Shown: piece by piece, positions 17,249 to 26,809 of the stretch
How positions within the stretch are numbered: the stretch's first letter is position 1
Layout of the letters: each line of letters begins with the position of its first letter
From: Oscillospiraceae bacterium
GTDB taxonomy: Bacteria > Bacillota > Clostridia > Oscillospirales > Oscillospiraceae
Assembly: GCA_017632035.1 (NCBI GenBank)
Contig: JAGBSG010000053.1
Span: 7,386-71,385 of the forward strand
Direction of reading: 5' to 3'
Length of the DNA: 64,000 nt
The notes under the pieces: model-generated
What the model was told of the DNA's origin: nothing
Databases searched by the model: none
The model's input: only the letters and a program-made list of their open reading frames with translations
Position numbers and translations under genes: made by a program

Positions 17249-17824
17249 ATGTCTACCAATGCAACGAAAGTAAACAACCCTATGAAGGTTATCACCGGTC
17301 CCGATACCCGTTGGTCTTATGCCAATGTGTGGGAGCCTAAGTCCATCAACGGCAGCACTCCCAAGTATAGTGTCAGCCTCATCATTCCCAAATCCGACAC
17401 CAAGACCGTCGCCAAGATCAAGGCTGCCATCGAAGCTGCCTATCAGGAAGGTCAGGCAAAGCTGAAGGGCAACGGCAAGTCCGTACCCCCTCTGGCTGCC
17501 ATCAAGAACCCTCTGCGTGATGGTGATGTGGAGAGACCCGATGATCCCGCCTATGCCAATGCCTACTTTGTCAACGCAAACTCTCCCAACGCCCCCGGCA
17601 TTGTGGATGCGGATCGCAACCCCGTGCTGACCCGTTCCGAGGTCTACTCCGGTGTGTATGGCCGTGCCAGCATCAACTTCTATGCCTTCAACTCCAACGG
17701 CAACAAAGGCATCGCCTGCGGTCTGAATAACCTTCAGCTGATCCGCGCCGGTGAGCCTTTGGGTGGCAAGGCAAGCGCCGAGTCCGACTTCGCAACCGAC
17801 GATGAGGACGATTTCCTCAACTAA
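17249..17824 (+). CDS. DUF2815 phage ssDNA-binding protein
   Basis: RWSYANVWEP...PLRDGD...YSGVY; acidic tail DDEDDFLN. Confidence 0.9.
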   Translation: MSTNATKVNNPMKVITGPDTRWSYANVWEPKSINGSTPKYSVSLIIPKSDTKTVAKIKAAIEAAYQEGQAKLKGNGKSVPPLAAIKNPLRDGDVERPDDPAYANAYFVNANSPNAPGIVDADRNPVLTRSEVYSGVYGRASINFYAFNSNGNKGIACGLNNLQLIRAGEPLGGKASAESDFATDDEDDFLN

Positions 17825-17886
17825 TTAACTGCCCTTGGGTGGCGGAGCAATCTGCCACCCTCTAAGGGTAAGAAAGGTCGGTAAAT

Positions 17887-19827
17887 ATGAAAACACTATC
17901 AATTGATATTGAGACCTACAGCGATCAACCGCTGAACAAGTGCGGGGTGTACCGCTATGTAGAATCCCCGGAATTTGAGATTTTGCTGTTTTCTTACAGC
18001 GCAGATGCCGGTCCGGTGAAGGTCGTAGACCTTGCTTGCGGTGAGCAGATCCCACCGGATGTGCTGGCTGCCTTGGAAGATGACTCCGTTATCAAGTGGG
18101 CATTCAACGCTTCCTTTGAACGGATCTGTCTGTCCCAGTATTTGAAGTATCCAACTGGAAACTATTTAGAGCCGAGTTCCTGGCGTTGCTCAATGGTATG
18201 GGCAGCAACAATGGGCTTACCCCTTTCGCTGGAAGGTGTTGGTGCCGTGCTGGGACTTGAGAAGCAAAAGCTGACCGAGGGCAAAGAACTCATCAAGTAT
18301 TTCTGTCAGCCCTGTGCGCCTACGAAGGCAAACGGGCAGCGGACACGGAATCTACCCCGCCACGCTCCGGATAAATGGCTGGCGTTTAAGAAATACAACA
18401 TACGAGATGTGGAAACGGAAATGGCGATCCAGGACCGGCTTGCCAAGTATCCTGTGCTGGAAAGTGTGTGGGACGAATACCACATTGACCAGGAGATCAA
18501 CGATCGTGGCGTCGGCTTGGATATGGAACTGGCGCGACAAGCCATCTTAATGGACGGTCGATCCCGTGCAGAGCTAACCCAGGCAATGAAGGATTTAACT
18601 GCATTGGAGAATCCCAATTCTGTGCAGCAGATGCGAAATTGGCTCTCCCTTAACGGCTTGGAAACAGAGACCCTTGGTAAAAAGGCTGTGGCGGAAATGC
18701 TGAAAACTGCCCCGCCGGAATTGCACAGAGCGTTGACTCTTCGCCAGCAGCTTGCCAAATCCTCGGTAAAGAAATACCAGGCTATGGAGACCGCTGTCTG
18801 CGCAGATGGTCGTGCCAGAGGAATGTTCCAGTTCTATGGTGCCAACCGTACCGGTAGATGGGCTGGTCGCATCATTCAGATGCAGAACCTTCCGCAGAAC
18901 CATTTGGTGGATCTTGCAGAAGCACGAGGTCTTGTCCGCTGCGGTGATTTTGAAGCTGTGGAGCTGCTCTACGAAGATGTGCCGGATACACTTTCCCAGC
19001 TGATCCGCACCGCATTTGTTCCCCAAGATGGGCGCAAGTTTATCGTTGCTGACTTCTCTGCTATCGAAGCCCGTGTCATTGCGTGGCTTGCCGGTGAGGA
19101 ATGGAGACAGCAGGTCTTTGCGGAAGGCAAGGATATCTATTGTGCTTCTGCATCGCAGATGTTTGGAGTCCCGGTTGAGAAACACGGTGTAAACGGACAT
19201 CTCCGGCAAAAAGGAAAAATTGCAGAATTGGCTCTTGGTTATGGTGGCTCGGTTGGTGCCCTAAAAGCTATGGGCGCTTTGGAAATGGGTCTGTCAGAAG
19301 ATGAATTACAGCCCCTGGTTCAAGCGTGGCGAGATGCTAACCCCTTCATCACACAGCTTTGGTGGGATGTGGATCGTGCGGCAATGGATGCGGTGCGATA
19401 CCGCTACCAAACGGAAACCCACGGCATAACCTTCACTTACAAAAGCGGAATGTTGTTCATCACGCTCCCCTCCGGCAGACGGCTGGCCTATGTAAAGCCG
19501 AAGATCGGTGAGAACCAGTTTGGTGGTGAGTGTATCACCTATGAGGGTGTGGGCAGCACAAAGAAATGGGAACGGCTGAATAGCTATGGTCCTAAGTTTG
19601 TGGAGAATATCGTCCAGGCTACAGCAAGGGATATCCTCTGCTACGCAATGACTACGCTCCGCCACTGCTCCATCGTAATGCACATCCACGATGAAGTGGT
19701 TATTGAAGCAGACCGCAGGATGTCGATGGATGCTGTGTGCGAACAGATGGGTCGAACTCCTCCCTGGGCTGAAGGATTACAGCTCCGGGCAGACGGCTAT
19801 GAGACAGATTTTTACAAGAAAGACTAA
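17887..19827 (+). CDS. Phage family A DNA polymerase
   Basis: SIDIETYS exonuclease motif, DFSAIEAR (motif A), RQKGKIAELALGYGG (motif B), HIHDE (motif C). Confidence 0.95.
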   Translation: MKTLSIDIETYSDQPLNKCGVYRYVESPEFEILLFSYSADAGPVKVVDLACGEQIPPDVLAALEDDSVIKWAFNASFERICLSQYLKYPTGNYLEPSSWRCSMVWAATMGLPLSLEGVGAVLGLEKQKLTEGKELIKYFCQPCAPTKANGQRTRNLPRHAPDKWLAFKKYNIRDVETEMAIQDRLAKYPVLESVWDEYHIDQEINDRGVGLDMELARQAILMDGRSRAELTQAMKDLTALENPNSVQQMRNWLSLNGLETETLGKKAVAEMLKTAPPELHRALTLRQQLAKSSVKKYQAMETAVCADGRARGMFQFYGANRTGRWAGRIIQMQNLPQNHLVDLAEARGLVRCGDFEAVELLYEDVPDTLSQLIRTAFVPQDGRKFIVADFSAIEARVIAWLAGEEWRQQVFAEGKDIYCASASQMFGVPVEKHGVNGHLRQKGKIAELALGYGGSVGALKAMGALEMGLSEDELQPLVQAWRDANPFITQLWWDVDRAAMDAVRYRYQTETHGITFTYKSGMLFITLPSGRRLAYVKPKIGENQFGGECITYEGVGSTKKWERLNSYGPKFVENIVQATARDILCYAMTTLRHCSIVMHIHDEVVIEADRRMSMDAVCEQMGRTPPWAEGLQLRADGYETDFYKKD

Positions 19828-19840
19828 TGAGGTAAATCCT

Positions 19841-20272
19841 ATGAGTATAAGCAAATTTAATGCGGAGCGGTACTACGATCCCACCGCATATGAAGCACTA
19901 TCCAATATTGAGCAAGAAGAACGCACGCTCCGGGCATATCGTCCGATCGTGTACATCTGTTCCCCCTATGCTGGGGATGTGTCGAAAAATGTCGAAAATG
20001 CTCGAAGATATAGCCGGTTCGCTGTGGACAGCGGGTGTATCCCGATTGCACCGCACCTGCTGTTTCCCCAGTTTATGAATGATGAAAACCCAAAGGAACG
20101 CCAGTTGGGTCTATTCTTCGGAATGGTCCTTTTGAGCAAGTGTGCCGAGGTTTGGGTGTTCGGTGACCGGATCTCTCCCGGAATGGATGCAGAAATAAAG
20201 CGTGCCAGGTGGAAGAACTTCCGCTTGCGATATTTCACGGAGTCCTGTGAAGAGGTGCGCCATGGCATTTAA
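19841..20272 (+). CDS. DUF4406-like (nucleoside deoxyribosyltransferase-fold) protein
   Basis: VYICSPYAG...PIAPHL...CAEVWVFG.RIS.GM.AEI. Confidence 0.8.
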   Translation: MSISKFNAERYYDPTAYEALSNIEQEERTLRAYRPIVYICSPYAGDVSKNVENARRYSRFAVDSGCIPIAPHLLFPQFMNDENPKERQLGLFFGMVLLSKCAEVWVFGDRISPGMDAEIKRARWKNFRLRYFTESCEEVRHGI

Positions 20273-20735
20273 GACCGATTGTGGCGGTATTGCATTAACG
20301 GTCGACGCCAAATTGTTATACCGGGACACTACCTGGAAAACACGCTTAAAGCAGATCGGCAAGCACGACAACGAGGTGATCATCGTGACTTATTCCTTAT
20401 GCCAGTTTGATTTTATCTCCAGGATCATCTCCCAGCGAGACGGTGGCAAAGGAATCACGATCATTTGTAACAGCAAGTTTGAAGCCAATGCCTATTGCAT
20501 CAAGAAAAATTTCCCGGATTTGAAAATCTATGTAAATCCCACTGCCCACGCAAAAATGGCTTTGATTGGTCCCGCAACTGTATGGCTTTCCTCGGAGAAC
20601 CTTGGAAAAGTAAAGGATACCTTTGATGCTTCCATAGGAATCGAAAGCAAGGAAGCCTATGACCATTACCACGCACAAATCGAACATCTGCTTTGCAGCA
20701 AACATACAAGAGAAATCAAGGAGGCCTTTTTCTAA
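20262..20735 (+). CDS. Single-domain PLD-superfamily (HKD-like) putative nuclease
   Basis: IIVTYS...HAKMALIG...WLSSENL. Confidence 0.6.
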   Translation: MAFKTDCGGIALTVDAKLLYRDTTWKTRLKQIGKHDNEVIIVTYSLCQFDFISRIISQRDGGKGITIICNSKFEANAYCIKKNFPDLKIYVNPTAHAKMALIGPATVWLSSENLGKVKDTFDASIGIESKEAYDHYHAQIEHLLCSKHTREIKEAFF

Positions 20736-22993
20736 TGTTTACCATTTTTCACGCAAATTGCACCGGACAAGCTGGTAACTGCTTGTACCCGAACAAGGTT
20801 GATATTACCGATGTCCATAGCCTGGAACAGGCAGTAAGCCGGGACTATGTCTGTGCTGAATACAGCGGCAACTATCGAGGCAACGATAATTTCCTCACCA
20901 GTAACTGTCTGTCTGTAGAGTGCGATAACGACCACTCTGACAATCCGGCAGATTGGAAAACCCCGGACGACATCGCAGATGCTTTCCCCGGTGTGGAGTT
21001 TGCCATCCATTACAGCCGCAACCACATGAAGGTCAAAAACGGGAAAGCAGCAAGACCCAAGTTCCACGCATTCTTTGCCATTGATCCGGTAACCGATGCA
21101 GAGGAATATGCTGCGCTCAAACGGCTGCTGTATTCCATCTTCCCGTATTTCGATTCCAAGGCGCTGGACGCTGCACGCTTCTACTTTGGCACCGCAGATC
21201 CCCAGGTGGAGATGTTTGACGGCTTTATGACCCTTACTGAGTATCTTGCCGTTGACGAGTTTGATGCCGATATGGCACAGCATCCGCATAACACACCCCA
21301 GACCATTAAGGAAGGTAGCCGGAACGCAACGATGTCCCGTTTCGCCGGCCGGGTCATCAAAAAGTATGGTGACAATGAAACTGCGCTCCAGTTCTTCCTG
21401 GAAGAGGCAGAAAAGTGTACCCCTCCGCTGGATCACGATGAGCTGATGACGATCTGGCACAGCGCCCAAAAGTTCTACGGAAAAGTCAAAAAGCAGGAAG
21501 GCTACATCCCTCCGGAAGAATACAACAGCGGCACTTCGCTGAAGCCGGAGGACTACTCTGACATCGGACAAGCCAAGGTGCTGTCCCGGGAGTACGCAGG
21601 CGAAATGGCATACACCGACTCTACCGACTATATGCGCTATGACGGCACCCATTGGGCGGAGTCGAAGCAGCTGGCGGTAGGCGCTTGTGAGGAGTTTCTC
21701 GATCGTCAGCTGACCGAGGCGATCCTCGCGGTGGAAAAAGCACGGCAGGCATTGCTGCTTTGTGGTATCGACAAGGAAACCATCTCCACCGGTGGTAAGA
21801 CTTTGGAGAAGGCAATCAACATCAATAGCGAGAAGGCATTTGCGGATTACTGCGCAGCCCTTTCCTATAAGGCATTCGTTATGAAGCGCAGAGATATGAA
21901 ATACGTGACCTCTGCACTGCAAGCCGCCAAGCCTATGCTCCTGCACAGCATCCAGGAATTTGATACCCAGGAGTTCTTGCTCAATGCTCCGGATGCTACT
22001 TATGATCTCCGGCTCGGTTTGTCCGGTGCCCACGATCACACACCGGAGGATCTCATCACGAAGATGGCAACGGTGGCACCCTCCAACGAAGGTATGGATC
22101 TGTGGATGTCATCCGTGAACAATTTCTTCTGCGGAGACCAGGAGCTGATCGACTATGTACAGCAGACCGTTGGTTTGGCTGCCATCGGCAAGGTGTACCA
22201 GGAAGCCCTCATCATTGCTTATGGCGAAGGCAGTAACGGTAAGTCCACCTTCTGGAACGCAATCTCAAAGGTGCTGGGCTCCTACAGCGGTGCAATGTCC
22301 GCAGATGCTTTGACCGTTGGCTGTAAGCGGAATGTGAAGCCTGAAATGGCGGAACTGAAGGGCAAGCGGCTGGTGATCGCAGCAGAACTGGAAGAAGGTA
22401 TGCGGCTAAATACCTCCATCGTAAAACAGCTGTGTTCCACGGATGAGGTTCAGGCGGAGAAAAAGTATAAGGACCCCTTTAAGTACACACCTACCCATAC
22501 GCTGGTGCTGTATACCAACCACCTACCCAGGGTCGGTGCGAATGATGACGGTATCTGGAGACGACTCATCGTGATTCCGTTTAATGCCAAGATTCAAGGC
22601 AAAAGTGACATCAAAAATTATGCCGACTATCTTGTAAGAAATGCCGGTGGTGCGATCCTGTCTTGGATTATCGAAGGCGCACAGAAGGTTATCAATAATA
22701 ATTTCAAACTGGCAATTCCTCAAGTGGTACAAGAAGCCATTGACCAGTATAGGGACAACAACGACTGGCTCTCCATTTTCTTGGAAGATTGCTGTGAGAT
22801 CGACGGTAGCTACACGCAAAAGTCAGGCGAATTTTACACCGAGTATCGTGCATATTGCTCACGCAACGGTGAGTATGCCCGTAGCACAACTGACTTTTAC
22901 ACAAGCCTTGAGAAAGCAGGCTTTAGTCGCAAAAAAACACGGAGCGGAATGTTAATTCCGGGTCTGCGATTGAAGTCGGATTTCATGGAATAA
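20735..22993 (+). CDS. P4-family phage primase/SF3 helicase
   Basis: PriCT-like EGSRNATM, D5_N region, GEGSNGKST Walker A. Start overlaps the previous stop (TAATG). Confidence 0.93.
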   Translation: MFTIFHANCTGQAGNCLYPNKVDITDVHSLEQAVSRDYVCAEYSGNYRGNDNFLTSNCLSVECDNDHSDNPADWKTPDDIADAFPGVEFAIHYSRNHMKVKNGKAARPKFHAFFAIDPVTDAEEYAALKRLLYSIFPYFDSKALDAARFYFGTADPQVEMFDGFMTLTEYLAVDEFDADMAQHPHNTPQTIKEGSRNATMSRFAGRVIKKYGDNETALQFFLEEAEKCTPPLDHDELMTIWHSAQKFYGKVKKQEGYIPPEEYNSGTSLKPEDYSDIGQAKVLSREYAGEMAYTDSTDYMRYDGTHWAESKQLAVGACEEFLDRQLTEAILAVEKARQALLLCGIDKETISTGGKTLEKAININSEKAFADYCAALSYKAFVMKRRDMKYVTSALQAAKPMLLHSIQEFDTQEFLLNAPDATYDLRLGLSGAHDHTPEDLITKMATVAPSNEGMDLWMSSVNNFFCGDQELIDYVQQTVGLAAIGKVYQEALIIAYGEGSNGKSTFWNAISKVLGSYSGAMSADALTVGCKRNVKPEMAELKGKRLVIAAELEEGMRLNTSIVKQLCSTDEVQAEKKYKDPFKYTPTHTLVLYTNHLPRVGANDDGIWRRLIVIPFNAKIQGKSDIKNYADYLVRNAGGAILSWIIEGAQKVINNNFKLAIPQVVQEAIDQYRDNNDWLSIFLEDCCEIDGSYTQKSGEFYTEYRAYCSRNGEYARSTTDFYTSLEKAGFSRKKTRSGMLIPGLRLKSDFME

Positions 22994-22999
22994 GCACTA

Positions 23000-23108
23000 T
23001 GTGTGCAGGTCATAGAAGGTCTTATCTAAAAACCCCCTTTAGGGCAGTTTTTTTGAAAAATTGTCCTATAGAAAAGTTTATGAAACGAATTGCTATGACC
23101 TGCACACA
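23000..23108. repeat. Long inverted repeat downstream of the primase (candidate phage ori)
   Basis: TGTGTGCAGGTCATAG (23000-15) / CTATGACCTGCACACA (23093-108), perfect 16 bp, around an AT-rich core with an inner IR. Confidence 0.75.
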
Positions 23109-23126
23109 CCAAGAAAGGAAAGCATT

Positions 23127-23408
23127 ATGAGAGAGAAGTGCATCGAGCAAAAATTAACCCTGATGGTAAAAAAGCGCGGTGGGATTTGTCCAAAATGGGT
23201 ATCTCCTGGATTTGATGGCGTTCCGGACAGAATCGTACTGCTGCCCGTTGGCAGAATTGCCTTTGTGGAAGTTAAGGCTCCCGGCAAAAAGCCACGCCCC
23301 CTCCAAATAGCAAGACACAGATTGCTCACCCGCCTCGGTTTCAAAGTATATGTCCTCGACCGTGAGGATCAGATAGGAGGTGTCCTTGATGAAATTCAAT
23401 CCGCATGA
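23127..23408 (+). CDS. VRR-NUC domain nuclease
   Basis: EKCIEQ...GVPDRIVL...FVEVKAPG.KPRPLQ. Confidence 0.9.
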   Translation: MREKCIEQKLTLMVKKRGGICPKWVSPGFDGVPDRIVLLPVGRIAFVEVKAPGKKPRPLQIARHRLLTRLGFKVYVLDREDQIGGVLDEIQSA

Positions 23409-24753
23409 CTACCAAGCCTATGCGATCAACTACATTGAGGAACATCCGGTAGCTGCAGTTCTGCTGGATATGGGTCTTGGCAAAACAAGTATCACACTTA
23501 CAGCCATAAACAATCTGCTGTTTGACAGTTTCGAGGTTCATCGGGTTCTGGTGATCGCACCGCTGCGTGTAGCACGGAACACATGGACGGCTGAAGTTGA
23601 TAAGTGGGATCACCTACAGAACCTCATCTGCTCCGTGGTTGTCGGCACAGAGGCTGAACGCAAAGCTGCACTACTGCAACCGGCAGATGTGTACATCATC
23701 AACCGGGAGAACATCCAATGGTTGATCGAGGACAGCGGTATCCCTTTCACCTTCGATATGATCGTGATTGACGAGCTGTCCTCCTTCAAGAACCACAACA
23801 CAAAGCGGTTTCGATCCCTTCTGAAAGTGCGACCCAAGGTAAGTCGCATTGTTGGCTTAACCGGCACCCCGGCTTCCAACGGCTTGATGGATCTGTGGGC
23901 AGAGTTCCGCATCCTGGATCTCGGCCAGCGGCTAGGTCGGTTTATTACCAAGTATCGCACCGACTACTTTATGCCGGATAAGCGCAATGGGCAGATCGTC
24001 TACTCCTACAAACCGCTGCCTAATGCAGAGGATGCCATATACAAGCAGATCTCCGATATCACCATCTCTATGAAAGCAACAGATCACCTGCAAATGCCGG
24101 AACTGGTCAGCAGCGAATACACCGTCCAGCTGTCCGATGAAGAAAAAGTTCATTATGAGGGGCTAAAGCAAGAGCTGGTGCTGACATTGAATGAGGGTGA
24201 GATCACTGCAGCCAACGCGGCGTCCCTTTCCAACAAGCTAAGCCAAATGGCGAATGGCGCAATCTACGATGATGCCGGAAATACGGTCTACATTCACGAT
24301 CGCAAGCTGGACGCGTTGGAGGATATCATCGAAGCCGCAAATGGCAAGCCAGTTCTGGTGGCATATTGGTTCAAGCACGACCTTGAGCGTATAAGCCAGC
24401 GGCTGGAAAGTCTGCATATCCCGTTTTCTCGGCTCGACGATCCAAGCAGCATCCGCAAATGGAACGCAGGTCAACTTCCGGTGGCGCTGATTCACCCAGC
24501 TTCTGCCGGACACGGCTTAAATCTCCAATCCGGTGGCTCCACACTTGTGTGGTTTGGCTTAACCTGGAGTTTGGAACTGTACCAACAGACCGTAGCCCGT
24601 TTGTGGCGGCAAGGTCAAACGGCAAATACCGTAGTTGTGCAGCACATCATCACAAAGGGCACCATAGACCACCGCATCATGAAAGCCCTCTCCCAAAAGG
24701 AGCATACACAGACGGCACTTATTGATGCCGTAAAAGCGGACTTGAAAATCTAA
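23389..24753 (+). CDS. SNF2-family helicase
   Basis: LDMGLGKT, IDELS, LTGTP, GHGLNLQ, ARLWRQGQ. Confidence 0.93.
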   Translation: MKFNPHDYQAYAINYIEEHPVAAVLLDMGLGKTSITLTAINNLLFDSFEVHRVLVIAPLRVARNTWTAEVDKWDHLQNLICSVVVGTEAERKAALLQPADVYIINRENIQWLIEDSGIPFTFDMIVIDELSSFKNHNTKRFRSLLKVRPKVSRIVGLTGTPASNGLMDLWAEFRILDLGQRLGRFITKYRTDYFMPDKRNGQIVYSYKPLPNAEDAIYKQISDITISMKATDHLQMPELVSSEYTVQLSDEEKVHYEGLKQELVLTLNEGEITAANAASLSNKLSQMANGAIYDDAGNTVYIHDRKLDALEDIIEAANGKPVLVAYWFKHDLERISQRLESLHIPFSRLDDPSSIRKWNAGQLPVALIHPASAGHGLNLQSGGSTLVWFGLTWSLELYQQTVARLWRQGQTANTVVVQHIITKGTIDHRIMKALSQKEHTQTALIDAVKADLKI

Positions 24754-24821
24754 GACAATTTTTCGACAATTTTCGACAATCTGTGCCAATCCGAGGGATC
24801 TAATATTTCGGAGGTACAAAA

Positions 24822-25052
24822 ATGAACCCTTATCAGGCATTAGCCAACGCCATTGTAGAGTTGGCAGCAAAAGATTATAGAACCGCACTTAAATATCACT
24901 ACAAGCATCCTGAAAATGCCGAGTACAAAGCCAATGTAGCCGAGCTGGAGGAGTTTTTTCTTTCCGGCTGGTTTGAATTGTTGACCGATCTGGACGGCAG
25001 AACACTTATGGTCAATCTTCGCAGATTGGTTAAGGCGGAGGTTGGCGTATGA
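24822..25052 (+). CDS. Conserved phage hypothetical protein
   Basis: LANAIVELAAKDYR...EEFFLSGWF. Confidence 0.75.
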   Translation: MNPYQALANAIVELAAKDYRTALKYHYKHPENAEYKANVAELEEFFLSGWFELLTDLDGRTLMVNLRRLVKAEVGV

Positions 25053-25474
25053 CAGCGAAAGAGTACTTGAACCAAGCATACCGACTCGACCAGCAAATCA
25101 GCAGCAAGCAAGAGCAGATTGATGCGCTGAACGACTTAGCTACTCGGTGTACCGCAAGTATGACCGGTATGCCACACAGCCCTAATCAAGGCAACTCCAG
25201 TATGGCTGATGCAATTTGCAAGATTGTGGATTTGCAGACAGCTATTGCAAACGATATGGGCGCACTGGTGGATTTGAAGGCAGACATTATCCGCACAATT
25301 AGCCAGGTGTCCAATGTGGAGTATAGGCTGATTCTCGAGAAGCGGTATGTTACTGGAAAGACCTGGCCGGAAATCGCCATTGATCTGGGCTACAAAATGC
25401 GTCGGATGTTTGATCTGCACGAAGAAGCACTGGCGGCAATAAAAATTCCGGAGAAAAATGCAGCAGTGCAGTAA
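25049..25474 (+). CDS. RinA/ArpU (DUF1492)-like late transcription regulator
   Basis: MTAKEYLNQAY...ILEKRY...WPEIAIDLGY. Confidence 0.8.
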   Translation: MTAKEYLNQAYRLDQQISSKQEQIDALNDLATRCTASMTGMPHSPNQGNSSMADAICKIVDLQTAIANDMGALVDLKADIIRTISQVSNVEYRLILEKRYVTGKTWPEIAIDLGYKMRRMFDLHEEALAAIKIPEKNAAVQ

Positions 25475-25530
25475 ATTGCACTATTTTGCATATGGCATAT
25501 GTAGTAAACTTATACTGCGCTAATAAAGAT

Positions 25531-25565
25531 GAGCCTTCACGGGAGCAATCTTGTGAGGGCTTTTT
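25531..25565 (+). terminator. Terminator in the late-operon leader
   Basis: GAGCCTTCACGGGA-GCAA-TCTTGTGAGGGCTT followed by a T run. Confidence 0.7.
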
Positions 25566-25678
25566 CTATGCCCAAATGGAGGTGATGTGTGTGGGCTATC
25601 GTAAGGTTTCCTATATGGAGCAGATCCTGTATGTCCTCCGCTATAAACTCCGGCAGATCTTTAGGAAGGAGGATTCCG

Positions 25679-26038
25679 GTGCCAAGCAAACCTAAAAGAC
25701 CCTGTTCTTTTCCTGGCTGTCCCAAGCTTACAAGCGGACGGTTTTGTGATGACCACGCAAAGGCTGAAGCTAAACGCTACGAGCAGTACGACAGAGATCC
25801 GGAAACCCAGCGCCGTTATGGACGAGCCTGGAAACGGATTCGTGATGCCTATGTAAAGCAGCACCCTCTGTGTGAGCTATGCCAGCAGCACGGACGGTTT
25901 GTACCGACAGAAGAGGTGCATCACAAGGTGCCTTTGACCGAAGGCGGTACACACGACAGAAATAATTTAATTTCTTTGTGTAAATCCTGCCACGCAAAGA
26001 TCCACGCAGATCGTGGAGACCGATGGCACAATCGTTAG
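25679..26038 (+). CDS. Packaging-associated HNH endonuclease
   Basis: PSKPKRPC.FPGC...HPLCELC...EVHH...GGTH...NLISLCKSCH; GTG start after AAGGAGG. Confidence 0.9.
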   Translation: MPSKPKRPCSFPGCPKLTSGRFCDDHAKAEAKRYEQYDRDPETQRRYGRAWKRIRDAYVKQHPLCELCQQHGRFVPTEEVHHKVPLTEGGTHDRNNLISLCKSCHAKIHADRGDRWHNR

Positions 26039-26047
26039 GAGTTTCGT

Positions 26048-26710
26048 ATGACAGAAAAGCGCATATGTGCCTACTGTGGTCAGCCGTTTGAGACTCATTA
26101 CCCCAACAAGAAATACTGTAGCAAGGCCTGCTGTTATGCAGCAAACCTAAAACAAAAGCGTGACCAATGGGCGGCTAAATATATTCCAAGAACACACACC
26201 TGCAAGGAGTGCGGTGTAGAGTTCACTACAGAGTGCGGTAACAAGCACTCTGTTTTTTGTTCTCCACATTGTGCCGCTGTCAATGAGCGGCGTCGTGAAC
26301 ACGCAACAGAACGGCATAAGCAAGCTAAACGCTCTAGCAAACGAATGAGAAAGAAGTTGCTTAGATGTTCCTTGGGTGCAGTATCTTACGAATCTCTGTA
26401 TGAAAGGGACGCCGGGATTTGCCGGATCTGTGGGCTGCCGGTTCACAGAGAGAAAGGTGTGGATGATTACTGGGACGGCACCATTGACCACATCGTGCCG
26501 CTGTCAAAAGGTGGTGAACACTCTATGAGCAATTGCCAGTTGGCTCATAGGGTATGTAATTCTCTTAAAAATCAATGCGGAGACGAATTTGTAGTTGATT
26601 GGGACGAAAAGAAAAAAGAGAACAACTACTGGCAAATGAGATTCACTCAATACACTCAGCTGATGATGGCAGATCAGCTACCGGGGCCCGGTGTGAATCT
26701 CTGTGACTAA
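26048..26710 (+). CDS. Second HNH endonuclease with two N-terminal Zn-finger repeats
   Basis: CAYCGQPF...YCSKAC; CKECGVEF...FCSPHC; CRICG...TIDHIVPLSKGGEH...NCQLAHRVCN. Confidence 0.85.
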   Translation: MTEKRICAYCGQPFETHYPNKKYCSKACCYAANLKQKRDQWAAKYIPRTHTCKECGVEFTTECGNKHSVFCSPHCAAVNERRREHATERHKQAKRSSKRMRKKLLRCSLGAVSYESLYERDAGICRICGLPVHREKGVDDYWDGTIDHIVPLSKGGEHSMSNCQLAHRVCNSLKNQCGDEFVVDWDEKKKENNYWQMRFTQYTQLMMADQLPGPGVNLCD

Positions 26711-26809
26711 ATAATTGTACAACGGGCCTGGGGGTCCGTGTGAATTTTTCCCTATTCAAACGGGGTATTAACCCCTAAGCACAAAAATCTACAGAAAGGA
26801 GTGTAGTTT

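Noticed and set aside
20732-22039. Long minus-strand ORFs (also 28124-29170, 40294-41562, 49386-50771, 55002-56150)
   Set aside because: Antisense shadows of well-supported phage genes, with no motifs or RBS.
24754-24780. Short tandem GACAATTTTTC repeat after the SNF2 helicase
   Set aside because: Only about 2.5 copies; too little to support a function.
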